Assembly: GCA_964016885.1 (NCBI GenBank)
Contig: OZ024740.1
Coordinates: forward strand, 199,764,001 to 199,828,000
From: Eledone cirrhosa
Lineage: Eukaryota
Direction: 5' to 3'
DNA length: 64,000 nucleotides
Shown here: positions 12,646 through 26,504 of the stretch, piece by piece
Position numbering within the stretch: position 1 is the first letter of the stretch
How the letters are laid out: each line of letters opens with the position of its first letter
Made by a program: the position numbers and the translations under genes
Notes under the pieces: model-generated
Told to the model about the DNA's origin: nothing
Databases searched by the model: none
What the model saw: only the letters and a program-made list of their open reading frames with translations

Positions 12646-12690
12646 ACACCACTGACGATGTTGCAGATGTGCAACGAAAGATTTATGTAA
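12646..12690 (+). ncRNA. HHR-like motif in the PLE 3' region (inverted copy at ~10043-10086)
   Basis: cca-CTGACGA-t.gttgca.gatg.tgcaac-GAAA-gatt-TA-tg. Stem II is good; stems I and III are weak. Confidence 0.55.
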
Positions 12691-12967
12691 ATTATGTAAA
12701 CTATATATATATGTGTTTGTCTATATTGTATCTGTATTATTTTTGACCGCCGGTCAGTCAATGGCAACAATGAGGACCGAGTAAGTTAGATCGCAGATAT
12801 ATATATATAAAAGACAGCGAGAAGCGAAAACCAACCAAACAGTGAGTGTGTTCTGTTATTAATTCTGGCAATATTACGCAAATATGACCCTCCCCAAATA
12901 TAACAATATCTGTTTCGACACACGATTTCATATAAAAAACCTCGCAAAACTATATATATATATATAT

Positions 12968-13936
12968 ATAACAATATATTTAGAAACACACAGATACATG
13001 CGGACACACACATATACATGAATGCATCCGCACCCAACTGTGAGTTAATGGTGCCAACTTCACCGATGTTGCTCAATGAATGACTGGGACAGACCAATCC
13101 AGTTGAACTAGACTGAACCAGTATCAGAGTTAAACATACATTATGAAGAGAGAAGAAACATTTAGATATAATTAGTAATAAAATGTATCATACCTAAACT
13201 GCTTCTAGATTCCTCGACTACGTAGTTTCGTGGCATAAACAAAAACAATATATCATAAAGATATAGAGTCCTTGCGAGGTCTGCCGACTTATTAAGAGGA
13301 TACCTCATTTTACTAGTCTCAAGAACGCGTCTACACGACGTGAGAAAGAATCCCAAAAGGCGGAGGGGGAAATAGTCACGCGATATAAAGGTCGAGAAAC
13401 AGAGCTAAGCCTCTTATAACCCCGAAGAAAATACCACGGAGGCGGAGGGGGTATTTATATCGAAGCCGTATATGTGTGTCCCCGCATGTATCTGTGTGTT
13501 TCTAAATATATTGTTAATAACTCCCTCTGGTCGAGCAATCTTTGAAGTGTTGGGACAGCTGGAAAGCTTCCATTACTCATACTTCTTGCCTCCTTCACCA
13601 CCTCTTCTACGGCTTCGATATAAATACCCCCTCCGCCTCCGTGGCATTTTCTTCGGGGTTATAAGAGGCTTAGCTCTGTTTCTCGACCTTTATATCGCGT
13701 GACTATTTCCCCCTCCGCCTTTTGGGATTCTTTCTCACGTCGTGTAGACGCGTTCTTGAGACTAGTAAAATGAGGTATCCTCTTGATAAGTCGGCAGACC
13801 TCGCAAGGACTCTATATATTTATGATATATTGTTTTTGTTTATGCCACGAAACTACGTAGTCGAGGAATCTAGAAGCAGTTTAGGTATGATACATTTTAT
13901 TACTAATTATATCTAAATGTTTCTTCTCTCTTCATA

Positions 13937-13941
<5 letters not shown>
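12968..13941. mobile_element. Head-to-head pair of circularly permuted copies of a ~590-nt HHR-bearing element
   Basis: Arms 12968-13470 (-) and 13470-13941 (+). HHR at 13779-13866: cctc-TTGATAA-gtcggca...tgccac-GAAA-ctacgtag-TC-gagg. Confidence 0.8.
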
Positions 13942-13994
<53 letters not shown>

Positions 13995-15529
13995 ATCGAA
14001 TAAGATGAAGCGAAGTAGTTTCAGATGTTACAGTCCTTTAATGATAACGCTGTGATACATATTGCAATGACGATAGTGACCACACGATTCCGTGCGCCCA
14101 GTTCTGTGACATCATCAGACAGCTCCTTACATAATAAGGTTATGTTTTCGAGGAAATCCAAATTGAATCGCCATGGGAACGGACAAAGCGTGTGCTCTTG
14201 AATTCCTCGCCCGTTCCATTGTGAGTCCCAATTCACCCCTACCGGTCCGCGCAGGCGCAATTCCGAAGGAAGTTAACCATCAACTACCCAAAGTTCTACA
14301 AAACTCGCCTAGGCAGGTCCCGCTCTCAACCAAACAATCACCCCATCTAGATCTGCAATATGACACGATTATAGTTTACTGCTAGCCACCCTGCCAGTGG
14401 CATTTGGCCGAAAGCTAGTGGGGGTGGGAGACTATGAATTTCAATAGGTCTCAATAATATCCCTAAATTAAGCAGGGACAGTAGGATTGACCATCACCTG
14501 CTAAGAGAATATATACTTATTTCTAGGTATTATGGTTCCAATGTGGAAATTATGATTGAGAATTAGAAATTAAAACTAAAAATTAAAAATTAAAAAAATT
14601 ACAAGTTAAAATCTTGATTGAAGTAAGTAAAAAAATATGTGTACATATAATAACTAATAAATAGGGAGATGTTTCAATTATAGTAAGAAGGATCAATATT
14701 ACAGATATATTATCCATATATTGAACGATAGTACCGTACAGAACGGAGGGTAAATGACAATATGAAACGTAGTAGTTAGGCAAATACATAGTTAATATCT
14801 CTCTCACATGAATCAAAACAAAAAATACAAAATATAAAAGACGCACAAAATACAAACAATACAAAAAATACATAAATGCAAAATGAGATAGGAGATATAT
14901 ATGAGAAACATATACGAGGAAGGTAAACGGTATGGAGATGAGGCTATACGTGGTTAAGATGATTGTCAATTTTGTCCATTTAAAGTGCATATAAAAATTC
15001 GTTATCCGATGAAGTGAGGGGGCTTCCATTCAAGGCCTCAGGGCAAATGCAATTTGCTGCAGGAAAATAGGTGTTTATCGTTGCCTTTAGTTCCGCGTAT
15101 CTATCCTGTCGAAAGTTAGTTTATAACTGTACCAATACTCTCACAGATTTTCAATATATGTATATATATTTCGTTTCTGAATTTGTTTAGCAAGATTATT
15201 TATCTGAAAACATGTGTTGAAACCGATATTGTTATGCTTGGGAGGGTCATGTTGCCAATAAGAAACACACGCACCAGTTTCTTTCACTTCAATTCCTTAT
15301 AAATTTAAATTCATAAATTTAAGAATTTATAAATTTCCGGTTGGTTGGTTGGTTCCACAACCAGACGATTATTCATATATTCTCAAAGTTCATTCGCCAC
15401 ACATTATGTGACCTCTTCAGTTACTGGGGATTATTTTCTTTGTTTTTGTGCCTCTCCTTTGTTCTGTACTACGCCACCTTGTTTTATATATATATATATA
15501 CATATATATATGTATATATATATATATAT

Positions 15530-15594
<65 letters not shown>

Positions 15595-15596
<2 letters not shown>

Positions 15597-15780
15597 ACAA
15601 AGGAATTGTGGTAAGGAACCAGATGGGCCATAACTCACCAGAGTACAAAATACTTAGGGTTGTATATATATATAGGAAAAAGCATGACCCCGACGGCTGA
15701 GCTCAAGCCGTTTCGACGAGTCCAGAAATAACCGTCGAAACGGCTTAAGCTCTACCGTCGGGGTCATACTTTTTCCTATA
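15595..15780 (-). mobile_element. Palindromic mini-element (family C); other copies at 25214-25417 and 51497-51686
   Basis: Inverted arms ccccgacggctgagctcaagccgtttcgacg / cgtcgaaacggcttgagctc, plus a one-sided tail tgtggtaaggaaccagatggaccataac. Flanked by (TA)n. Confidence 0.8.
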
Positions 15781-15793
15781 TATATATATATAT

Positions 15794-15921
<128 letters not shown>

Positions 15922-15929
15922 CTTTATAT

Positions 15930-17911
15930 ATACCTTTATATATATACAAGCGAGGATGTGTGTGTCTGTGTACAATTTTGCATACTTAAGGCTTTTACAA
16001 TTACCAAATGAAGTTAACCAAATGTTTCGTGCACGTTGCACAGGTCGCTAAGATTGTCACATCACAAACATTTTTCAAATCGACCCACGTTGAGCAATAA
16101 AAAATCGATATCAAATTATCGGTAGAAAAATTGATGTAAGGGAGATAACAAACTTTATTGACAATGCTTATAAAAAGGGAGATAACCAACTTTTCAAAAA
16201 TATAAACATCACATTCACTTGAAGATAAATCACTAATATTATCGCTTGTGTCTTGTTTATTCTTTATTGCACTTTCAAAGTTAAAAAAATCACTTGTTGT
16301 TTTAACTTGTTTCACTCTATTAAGTGTTAATTTTCGCGTTTATTGCCTAATCTCGCATCAGTCTAGAATTGACGAGATTTTGATGATGGTTCGTTTATTT
16401 TTAGAACAATTGTTATGGGACTTTCCATTCAAACCATTGGGACCTACAACTTTTTCAATTTTAAAACTTTCATAAGCCATGTTGATACAAAAAAAAATGT
16501 GTTGCACCTTCAAAGTTAACTGTAACGCTTCAATTCATACATTTTGATTTTACAACTTTTCACCAAATAAAAGAAAGTATGCACATATTGGCTATCTGTC
16601 GAAGAAAACAATGCGTGTAAATGACGCTCCGCCAATAACCGAAAATAGACAATCACTAAATGCGGTGAGTACAGTTATTGCAACATCTTTGTCTGAGCGT
16701 AGGTTAGTGCGGCGGACCAATAATGCTAAAGCAACTGCTGCAGCACGAGCTGCAGAGACTACAGAGCAACGTGAAACACGCCTTGCTATGGATGCTACAG
16801 ATACTGCTGCGGCAAGATCTGCAGAGGCAGTACAAAAATATGAAAGACGCCGTGCGCGTAATGCTTCAGCTAATGTTGCAGCAAGAGCAATTGAGACTGA
16901 GCAAGAACGTCAAAGTCGGCATTTGAGAAATGCTTCAGCTACTGCTACGGCACGAGCTGTAGAAACTGTAACAAGTCGAGCTATTTTCTTGGAGGGTAAC
17001 GCTCAACGTAGAGCTTTATCGCGGGTTATTTCAAAGGCATCACGCTCACGATGGTACCTTAAGGCAGTTAATTATGACTCTAATGTAAACTATCAAATCC
17101 ATCCTGATATTCAAATATATGCCATGTCAAATACTTTCCAACATTGTAAAGCTAAATAGTGGTGGTGGTGGTGGTGGGTGCGGGAATCAGCTGGAATGTG
17201 CTGCTCCAACTGTAAGGTTAATTTGCCCACCCTTAGGGAACCACCGCAACCTCTCCAGATGCTTCTAACAGGTAAGCATTCACAATCACGTGATTTTCTG
17301 AAGCATATCCGACAGTACAACATTGCGTTTCAAATGATCTCTTTCCGTGCAAAACGTCTGCTCACAAGTTGGCAGTCGAGTTAATCTCTTTGCGTTTGTT
17401 CCGAAAAGAAAAACAAAGAATATCGTCTATCCTGAAGTGCTTTAGTGTTACCTAAAAACTTATTACAGCTCTGCCTTGACTTCACCTTACTCATTACAAT
17501 ATGTCATGCAGGATATTTTGGATTATAAGTTAAAAATGTAACCATACACAGCAAAGGATGCTCTCAAAGATTAGATTTTCTCTTATTCTACTCTCATTGT
17601 TTTTTTGTTTGTATACAACTCTGCTTTCATTACAACTTTTTGTACTTTAGCCAAATTGCCTGTTTTTTTACAGATTTGCAACGTGTATTGTCTTTAATCA
17701 TTTGTATAACTACATCCTGTTCAGTGTGTTCCTTAATTATCAGCATAGTTTTATGTGTACAAAGATTGCACTAAATATTTGTTTGCATTAATTATTGAAG
17801 ACATCTGCTTATTTTGACAGGTTTAGGACAAATAATGTTCTTCTCTTACTTTCAGGCTGTATATTCTTAGCATAATTTCAAACCCCGAGCGACGCCGGGT
17901 AAATCTACTAG
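15930..17911 (+). mobile_element. Internally deleted Helitron
   Basis: 3' hairpin CCCG-agcgacgc-CGGG followed by CTAG|t at 17908-17911. Rep N-terminal coding remnant is joined directly to a helicase C-terminal remnant. The 5' end is approximate. Confidence 0.85.
16611..17446 (+). pseudogene. Helitron Rep/Hel remnant: four 23-aa STPR-like repeats, N-terminal Cys domain, then the Pif1 helicase C-terminus
   Basis: AAARAAETTEQRETRL-type repeats; QHCKAK*..ESAGMCC..KVNLPTL..PP..FLKHIRQYNIAFQMISF; then VCSQVGSRVNL..KTKNIVYPEVL*. Confidence 0.85.
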
Positions 17912-18047
17912 TGTACAATAATGTATGTCCATAGAATCATTTGATAAGATTTATACACCATCTCCTCTCTCAATCAGCATAATCAACCACACAAAAAACT
18001 AATTAAACCAGACTAAAAGGCACCTATGAAGAAATAGATAAATAAAC

Positions 18048-18094
<47 letters not shown>

Positions 18095-18153
18095 ATAATA
18101 ATAAATTTGAAGACTTAAAGCCAAAGAGGGCTCGATAATGATAAATAATGGTT

Positions 18154-18204
18154 AGTTTCAGAAGATCCCGTTAAGGGTGAAAGCACCGATTCTTTGCTTA
18201 AACT
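18154..18204 (+). ncRNA. Relic type I HHR (related degenerate copy at ~20557-20606)
   Basis: agttt-CAGAAGA-tccc.gtta.agggt-GAAA-gca.ccgattctt.tgc-TT-aaact. The core is mutated. Confidence 0.45.
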
Positions 18205-18215
18205 TTAATCTGTTA

Positions 18216-18280
<65 letters not shown>

Positions 18281-18284
<4 letters not shown>

Positions 18285-18361
18285 GAGGGTCAAAAACCTC
18301 GAAAAACTAAAATATATATATATATATATATTAGTTTTGCGAGGTTTTTTACCCTCCCCTA
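18281..18361. repeat. 30-bp inverted pair around (TA)n that shares the terminal motif of the 9823-12950 PLE
   Basis: ggggagggtcaaaaacctcgaaaaactaa...ttagttttgcgaggttttttaccctcccc; compare aaaaaacctcgcaaaacta at ~12934-12952. Confidence 0.6.
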
Positions 18362-19575
<1,214 letters not shown>

Positions 19576-19587
19576 TTTAAATATCTA

Positions 19588-21171
19588 CTAGCAGAGGTAC
19601 CCGGCTTTGCTCGGGTATTAAATATCAGTTATGTATACGATTTATGTCAAAACTTAACTGCTGCTTCTAAAACTATACTTTTACAAAATCATCGGCTTTT
19701 TCCAAAAGGGGGTTCCTGTCTCCAGGGGTCCTCTACTCAATATGTGCCAATTCTGAGAGTTCACATTCATCTGTAGAACAAACGTAGCCCATGTGTCAAG
19801 TTTTGTGAAAATCGGTTGCAAACTCCAGAAGTTATGACGTTTTGTTGCATTGCATTGCAGTGCTTCAGTCGACTGAAAGGAAGTGGTTATCTGCCGGGAA
19901 GCCCTATAATCAATATCTGGAAAAATGAAAGTGCCCATTACCATCCGGTGTACATAAGTAACCTGTGCCTTAAGTTTGGTAAAAATACTGTAGAAATGCA
20001 TAAGGTTTACACACGCGCTGCGTGTGTTTCTGTGTATGTATTTGTGTCTGCGTATGTGAATGTATGTGTATGTCCGTCGGCGCATATGTATGTACTGGCC
20101 TAAATCTTCACTATTTACTTTTACTATTTTAAGTCAGAGTTAAAATCCCGTCGAGGTTAACTTTGCCTCTCATTCTTACGGGGCCGATAAAATAAAGTAC
20201 GAGTAATGTACTGGGTAATTGCTGGCCTTCTGCCAAAAGTAGAAATAACTATTTTAATAACCTCTGTCATTTCCGTTTACAATTTTATTTACATCATTCT
20301 TAAACTCCGGGGTTGGAAATCATTGGGTTATTTTAAATAGAATATTAGTCAAACGAGTCCATTTACACCATAAACTTGGTCTTGTCTTTGCATGAAATTG
20401 TTCTTCACCGGTCCACATAACGACGTATTATCCTCGCTTTTTTTCTGTTCATTACCAGGGAACGTCTTCACGAACCAAAATATCGTCTTCCTGTTTTCCT
20501 TCGGTTGCAACGTTTCTCGAAATATTTAATTCTGCGTTTACAGATTGAATTTTTTTGTTTCAGAAATGCCGTTAATGTTGAAAGCAGCGATTCTTTGCTT
20601 AAACTTTCTTTCTTTCTCAACCCCTCTCCCTTTTTTTCTCATACCCCTCTCTGTCTTTCTCTATCGCTCTCACTCATACCCTCTCTCTCTCTCTCTCTCT
20701 TCCTCTACAGAGTGGATAACAATAAAGAACGCACAGATATCTCCCCCCCTCTCTCTCTCTCTCTCGCTCTATCTCTCCCTCTCTCTCTCTCTATCTGATT
20801 ATCTTGTACTTCCCTCTGTATAACGACTTATCTCACTCTCTCTCTCTACATCTCCCTTTCTCACTTTAGATGTTTATGTATACGTGTGTGATATATATAT
20901 ATAGAGAGAGAGAGAGTTGCAACATGTATGTAGTTTCATAGATTTTTGAGGGTAGTAGTGAGAGTGAATAAGCGGGTAAGAAAGAAGGTTACAACATGTA
21001 TTTAGTTTTATCTATTTTTTCAGAGAAGCAGTAAATTGTTGGCAAAGTTCATTACGCGATGGTAAATTTGGAGCACATTGGAAAAAAGATCATCGAAATC
21101 GGCAGAGAAATGTGGAAATGCATAAAAATCACACACACACACAGACAGACATCTTCCGTTTTATATATATA
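19588..21171 (-). mobile_element. Non-autonomous Helitron containing a SINE at ~20133-20252
   Basis: Minus-strand 3' end CCCG-agcaaagc-CGGG..CTAG at 19588-19591. The 5' region (20910-21170) is homologous to the Helitron 5' ends at 24620-24888 and 26230-26504. Confidence 0.75.
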
Positions 21172-24100
21172 CTAGGAGTTTAGCAGGTAAACGTAGCTTG
21201 AAAGCGCATGAGCTTAACAATTAAGTGCATAAACGCAGTTGAACCGGTTATTAATAATTACGAACCAATTAGCATTTTGGACAATCAATGATGGGTTAAT
21301 AATCTTCCAATAGCAATTTAGTAGACCAAAGTTGCAAGATGGTGGCCCTGATGCCGCTGGGTGTCAGATCTGTCCGCTATTGGTGACCATACCAGTTTTC
21401 CAGACGGCATAGCTCCAACACCTCCAGCACCTGCACCAACATTTATAGCACCTCTTTGTAGACGATATTTCGTGTCATCCCTTGAGGAGTGAAATCAAAA
21501 ACTCCATTCCTGCTCCCTACGCGGGAACAGGCAACATAAAGTTGGCCATGGGAGAAGCATAGCTCCCTCAAATGGATGCCCGCTACCGACAATATTGGCC
21601 CTTGTGACTTGTTAATGGACATGGCAAAACATGGTCTCACCGGAAATTGGGATCGCCGGAAATCGAACGGGATATCTGACGCCGAAGAGAAAAGGTTCAT
21701 CCTTGGATGAAAACATTATCCCCTCTCCCGCACCTCGTTACAATGGTGGCCTCAATCAAGTGGGCCGTCAATGACTTGACGACCATGCGAGTACCGTTGC
21801 ACTGCTTTGGTGGACGCAAGTTCCTTATTAGCATAATGGGACAGCCAACCCTAATCTTAAGAATGGGAGGTGGGAACCCTGGGGCCTCAAGGGAATTTAA
21901 TAACTCAACCGGATAATTAACGATATCGTCAGGGTCTGACGTCCGGTCGATAGATTTGAAGGTGTGCTCTTTAGCGGGAATCTTCTCAATCAGCTGCTCG
22001 TTAATAACATTAACCATGGAATTTTCGGAGCAAGGATGGGTCTTTCGCTGAGCCAATCGAGGTTTTTAAAGTTAGATGAGACATTAGGAAAAACTGCTTC
22101 CAAAAGGTCAGAAGGGCTGCTCACAATGTTGCACAGGGAGTCGATTGCTATGCCACCCTGTCATCCGCGGGGACCATGCAAATGAGCACGCATATTTGTG
22201 CTCATATTCAAACTCTTCACATGGAGCCACAGCATTGACGACTTAAGGCAGGCATGCACTTCATCAGCTCTTGTCCCTTTGGGGATGACAGGCAGCGTTT
22301 GCCGAAAATCCCCTGATAGCAGAAGGGTTACGCCACCCATAAGAGCCGTAGAATCCCTAATGTCTTTCAGGGTCATGTCCATTGCCTCAAGAGCACCCTT
22401 GTGTGCCTTGTGCACTCATCCCAAACAACGAGGCAACATTTTTTGAGAACCAGAGCTTCGTGTGAACTCTTGCTGATATTGCATGTTGGTGTCTCAGTTT
22501 CTACTAAATCCAAGGGGAGTTTAAAGGTTGAATGTGCTGTCCTGCCTTCCGACCGCAAAGTAGCAGCGATCCCGGACCAAGCAACGGCCAACGCAATTTT
22601 TTTCTCCTGAAGAATCTTAGCAAGAATCAATTTCGTTACATAAGTTTTTCCGGTACCTCCAGTAGCATCGAGAAATTAAATACCCCCACTCTGATTTTGA
22701 ACCACGTCAATGATAGTTTAATAGGCCAACCTTTGGTCCGACAGAAGTTTGGGCTCATTTTCCTCAAGTATTGGGAAAGAGATTCGATGTCATATGCTGT
22801 TTCCGCAACAAATCCGGAGCCAACGTGTTAGCTTCCTCGCTGACGGTTGACGGCAAGCCATACGTCGCCAAGTCACTCCCACCCATGTCGAGGAGTGCGT
22901 CCTCGATATCAATGAGTGTCCTGTTGTAGATAATGTCGCTGTAACCAACTTCCACTGAAGCCAGGCGCAGGAAGTCCTCAGACATGAAGTCTATGTACTT
23001 GACCCATAAAGATTTGGGATCACCCAATTCACACTTTTGAAGCAAAGGGCATCAGGGCCCTTATTTACATATTTGCATATGTATTTTATCGACTTGACGG
23101 AGTTGCAAAACTCAACGTTGATGTGGGCATTGAACATCTTCAAGAGAAGCGGGCAGTAAGGGACAATACATCTATTGTCGACTTGACCTCCTATTAGTGT
23201 TGTGGTGAAGCCACAGCTCTCGGACCGTCTCCGTATGTACAGGGGGTACCCGTAGTCACCAGTCTGAGTCTGGTCAACAAATATTTGGGGGTATCCCTTA
23301 CTGCACCCCCCGCCCCCAACCCTCCCCACCCTTTCAGATACGTGTGATGCTCATTAGGACTCGACGCACACGGACCATGAATCATGTTACCTTTGACGAT
23401 GTCATGTAATTCCTGGTCAGTTGCTGGATTATGGATTTCAGCCGAAATGAAGCTGTCTATGGCATTTGGATTGATTTTATCAGCTAACCAAATCAAATTG
23501 TGAGCATGTGGCAGCCCTCTTTTTTGCCATTCGACGGTGAACATGTCACATTTTACAGGCCCAAATACCTGACCTTTTTGATGAAAGCCATGCGTTTAGC
23601 CAGTTTCAGTCTAAACACTCTGGCAATTAGGTCATGTCTGTTCGAATAAGTTTGCCCAGGAAAAAGTTCACGGGTTACATTCCGATTCATATGTCTATAT
23701 CATTAATCTGTTATATGAAGTGTTGTTTTGCCTGTTGTTATTTGCAATAAGTCGATTGAAAATGCCGCAGAGAAGCCGTATGTCAATACGGAACGCTCCA
23801 CTGCAGTGTTGTCATATAGGGAGTGAAGAGCGACAGAGATAATAAAGCAGTTAAATTATAGAGAGGAGGAATATACGGAACGCTCCATTTGATCATATAC
23901 ATTGTTTCTCTCTCTGCAGTGTTGCCATATAGGGAGTGAAGAGCGACAGTGAGAGAGTAAAGCAGTTAAATTATAGAGAGGGGGAACATACGGAACACTC
24001 AATTTGATCATAAACATTGTTTCTCTCTCTGCAGTGTTGTCATATATGGAATGAAGAGCGACAGAGAGAGTAAAGCAGTTAAATTGTTATTTCATGTAAA

Positions 24101-24888
24101 ATGAAATGTTGAGAGAACAATATGTATTTAGTGTTATCGGCTTTTTAAATGTTGTTATTCGATGTATGAGTGTCGTTATGACTGTTTGTTGTATGAAATG
24201 TTGTTGCTTAGTTATCAAAGTTTTTTTGCGTTCCCGAACGAATAGGGGGAATGATCTATTATATAGAGAGAGAAGAGCGACGGATAGTGTGAAGCTAGTG
24301 TTAAACCTCGAAGCATAAAGAGACTAATGCAGTTAAATTATAGAGAGAGGGATAATCTATTGTAGAGAGAGCGAAGAGCGACGGAGAGAGTAAAGCTATG
24401 GTTGTTGTGTTGCTTAGGTTTCAAAGTTTGTGTCGCGTTCCTTCAAAAGAAGTTTTGTTGTTCTAAACTGTAAAGGGTAGTAGACGCAGGCAGTAACCTT
24501 TTAAAGAGAGTTTCAGAGGAGATTGAGGTGGGAGTAGAGCGAGTGATGAATCTTTTAAAGAGAGTTGCAGAGGAGATTGAGAGTGGAGGAGAGGAAAATA
24601 TGAACCTTTTAAAGAGAGTTGCAACATGTATGTAGTTTCATATGTATCTGTTAGTAGTAGTGAGAGGAATGAAGCGTGTAAGAGAGAGGGTTACAGCATG
24701 TATTTAGTTTTATCGATTTTTTTTCATAGAAGCAGGACATTTTTGGCAGAAATAATTACGCATTGACCTGCGCTGGTAAATTTGGAGCACATTGGAAAAA
24801 AATCATCAAAATTGGTAGAGAAATGTGGAAATGTATAAACATCATACACACACACAGATAGACATCTACCGTTTTATATATATATAGA
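21172..24888 (-). mobile_element. Decayed, internally deleted autonomous-type Helitron, head-to-tail with the previous one
   Basis: CTAG at 21172-21175. The 5' end reads TCtatatatataaaacggtagatgtc. Contains Rep and Pif1 fragments and internal ~115-bp and ~50-bp minisatellites (23780-24630). Confidence 0.85.
21443..23690 (-). pseudogene. Helitron Rep (HUH/Y2) + Pif1 helicase, with multiple frameshifts
   Basis: VEWQKRGLPHAH, HINVEFCNSVKSIKYICKYVNKG, FLDATGGTGKT (P-loop), GRTAHSTFKLP, VVWDEC, GDFRQTLPVIPKG, PIMLIRNL..CNGTR, FAMSINKSQG, FSHGQLYVACSRVG. Confidence 0.93.
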
Positions 24889-25016
24889 GATGTATATGAA
24901 TATATATGTATATATATATATACTGTATATATGTGTGTGTGTGTGAGTGTGTGTGTGTGTACGTATGTATGTATATGTAGAAATATATATATAATATTTA
25001 TACACACACACACACG

Positions 25017-25087
<71 letters not shown>

Positions 25088-25171
25088 ATATATGTATATC
25101 TATCTATGTATCTATCTATCTATCTATATATCTATCTATCTCTCACTCTCTCTCTCTCTCTATATATATAT

Positions 25172-25213
<42 letters not shown>

Positions 25214-25216
<3 letters not shown>

Positions 25217-25413
25217 AACCAGTAAGACCCCGACGGCTGAGCTCAAGCCGTTTCGACGGCTAATTCTGGACTAAAATGTCCAGAATTAGCCGTCGAAACG
25301 GCTTGAGCTCAGCCGTCGAGGTGTTACTGGTTCCTAATACCCACTCTACTACACCAAGTATTGAGTACTTTGGTGCGTTATGGTCCACCTGGTTCCTTAC
25401 CACATTTCCTTCG

Positions 25414-25417
<4 letters not shown>
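25214..25417 (+). mobile_element. Palindromic mini-element (family C)
   Basis: ~57-bp arms around the loop taaaat, plus an ~80-nt tail; flanked by (TA)n. Confidence 0.8.
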
Positions 25418-25493
<76 letters not shown>

Positions 25494-25495
25494 TT

Positions 25496-25577
<82 letters not shown>

Positions 25578-26004
25578 ATATATATATAAATCTCTGTGGG
25601 TATCATTTCAGTTTTGATTGTTAGGGATTATTTACATATCTACTGAATTCCATGTGCTGTGTTAATCCATGTGTTCACTTCACACAGTTAGTATAGAACT
25701 ATATGCAAATTAACAAAGAACATTTGGTTTTGAGCTAGCTGCAAATGTACTGCAACCCTAACGACGGAACATGACTTATATCAAAACACAAACCACAAAA
25801 TAAATATGTCCGTTAGAAATATGGAAAAATATGCAACAGAAATATATGCTATAGAAACTAGAGGTGCATTAGAAAGGAAACTTCGACATGTTATGTAAGT
25901 GTAAAATAATAATTGTTTCTACTTCTGGCACAAGGCCAGCAATTTGAACAGGGGTGGAATGTCGATTAAATCGACTCCAGTGATTGCTGGTGCTTTATTT
26001 TAAG

Positions 26005-26504
26005 AGTTTTGTCGTTGTTCTAAATTGTAATGGTGATAGAGTAGTAGACGGAGGCAGTAACCTTTTAAAGAGAGTTGCAGAGGTTATTGAGGGGGAGTAG
26101 AGAGAGTAATGAACCTTTTAAAGAGAGTTGCACAGGAGATTGAGGGGGGGAGTAGAGAGAGTGATGAACCTTTTAAAGAGAATCGCAGAGGAGTTTGAGA
26201 GTGGAGTAGAGGAAAATATTAACCTTTTAAAGAGAGTTGCAACATGTATGTAGTTTCATATATTTTTCATGGTAGTAGTGAGAGGAATGAAGCGTGAAAG
26301 AGAGAGGGTTACAGCATGTATTTAGTTTTATCGATTTTTTTTCATAGAAGCAGGAAATCTTTGGAAAAAATAATTACGCGTTGATCTGCCCTGGTGAATT
26401 TGAAGCACATTGGAAAGAGAATCATCAAAATCAGTAGAGAAATGTGGAAATGCATAAAAATCATACACACACAGAGACAGACATCTACCGTTTTATATAT
26501 ATAG
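26005..26504 (-). mobile_element. Orphan Helitron 5'-end fragment
   Basis: Homologous to 24450-24888, including the aaccttttaaagagagttgc minisatellite and the gacatctaccgttttatatatataga terminus. Confidence 0.75.

Larger units (their letters stand above)
9823..12950 (+). mobile_element. Young 5'-truncated Penelope-like retroelement with an inverted copy of its 3' 1.15 kb at the 5' side
   Basis: 9823-10969 is the reverse complement of 11764-12909, with only ~2 differences noticed. Contains an RT + GIY-YIG ORF, an HHR-like motif in the 3' region and (TA)n on both flanks. Confidence 0.92.

Noticed and set aside
14020-14128. Minus-strand CTGATGA-tgtcac...gtaacatct-GAAA
   Set aside because: Stem II is plausible, but stems I and III and a cleavage triplet cannot be closed; at most a relic.
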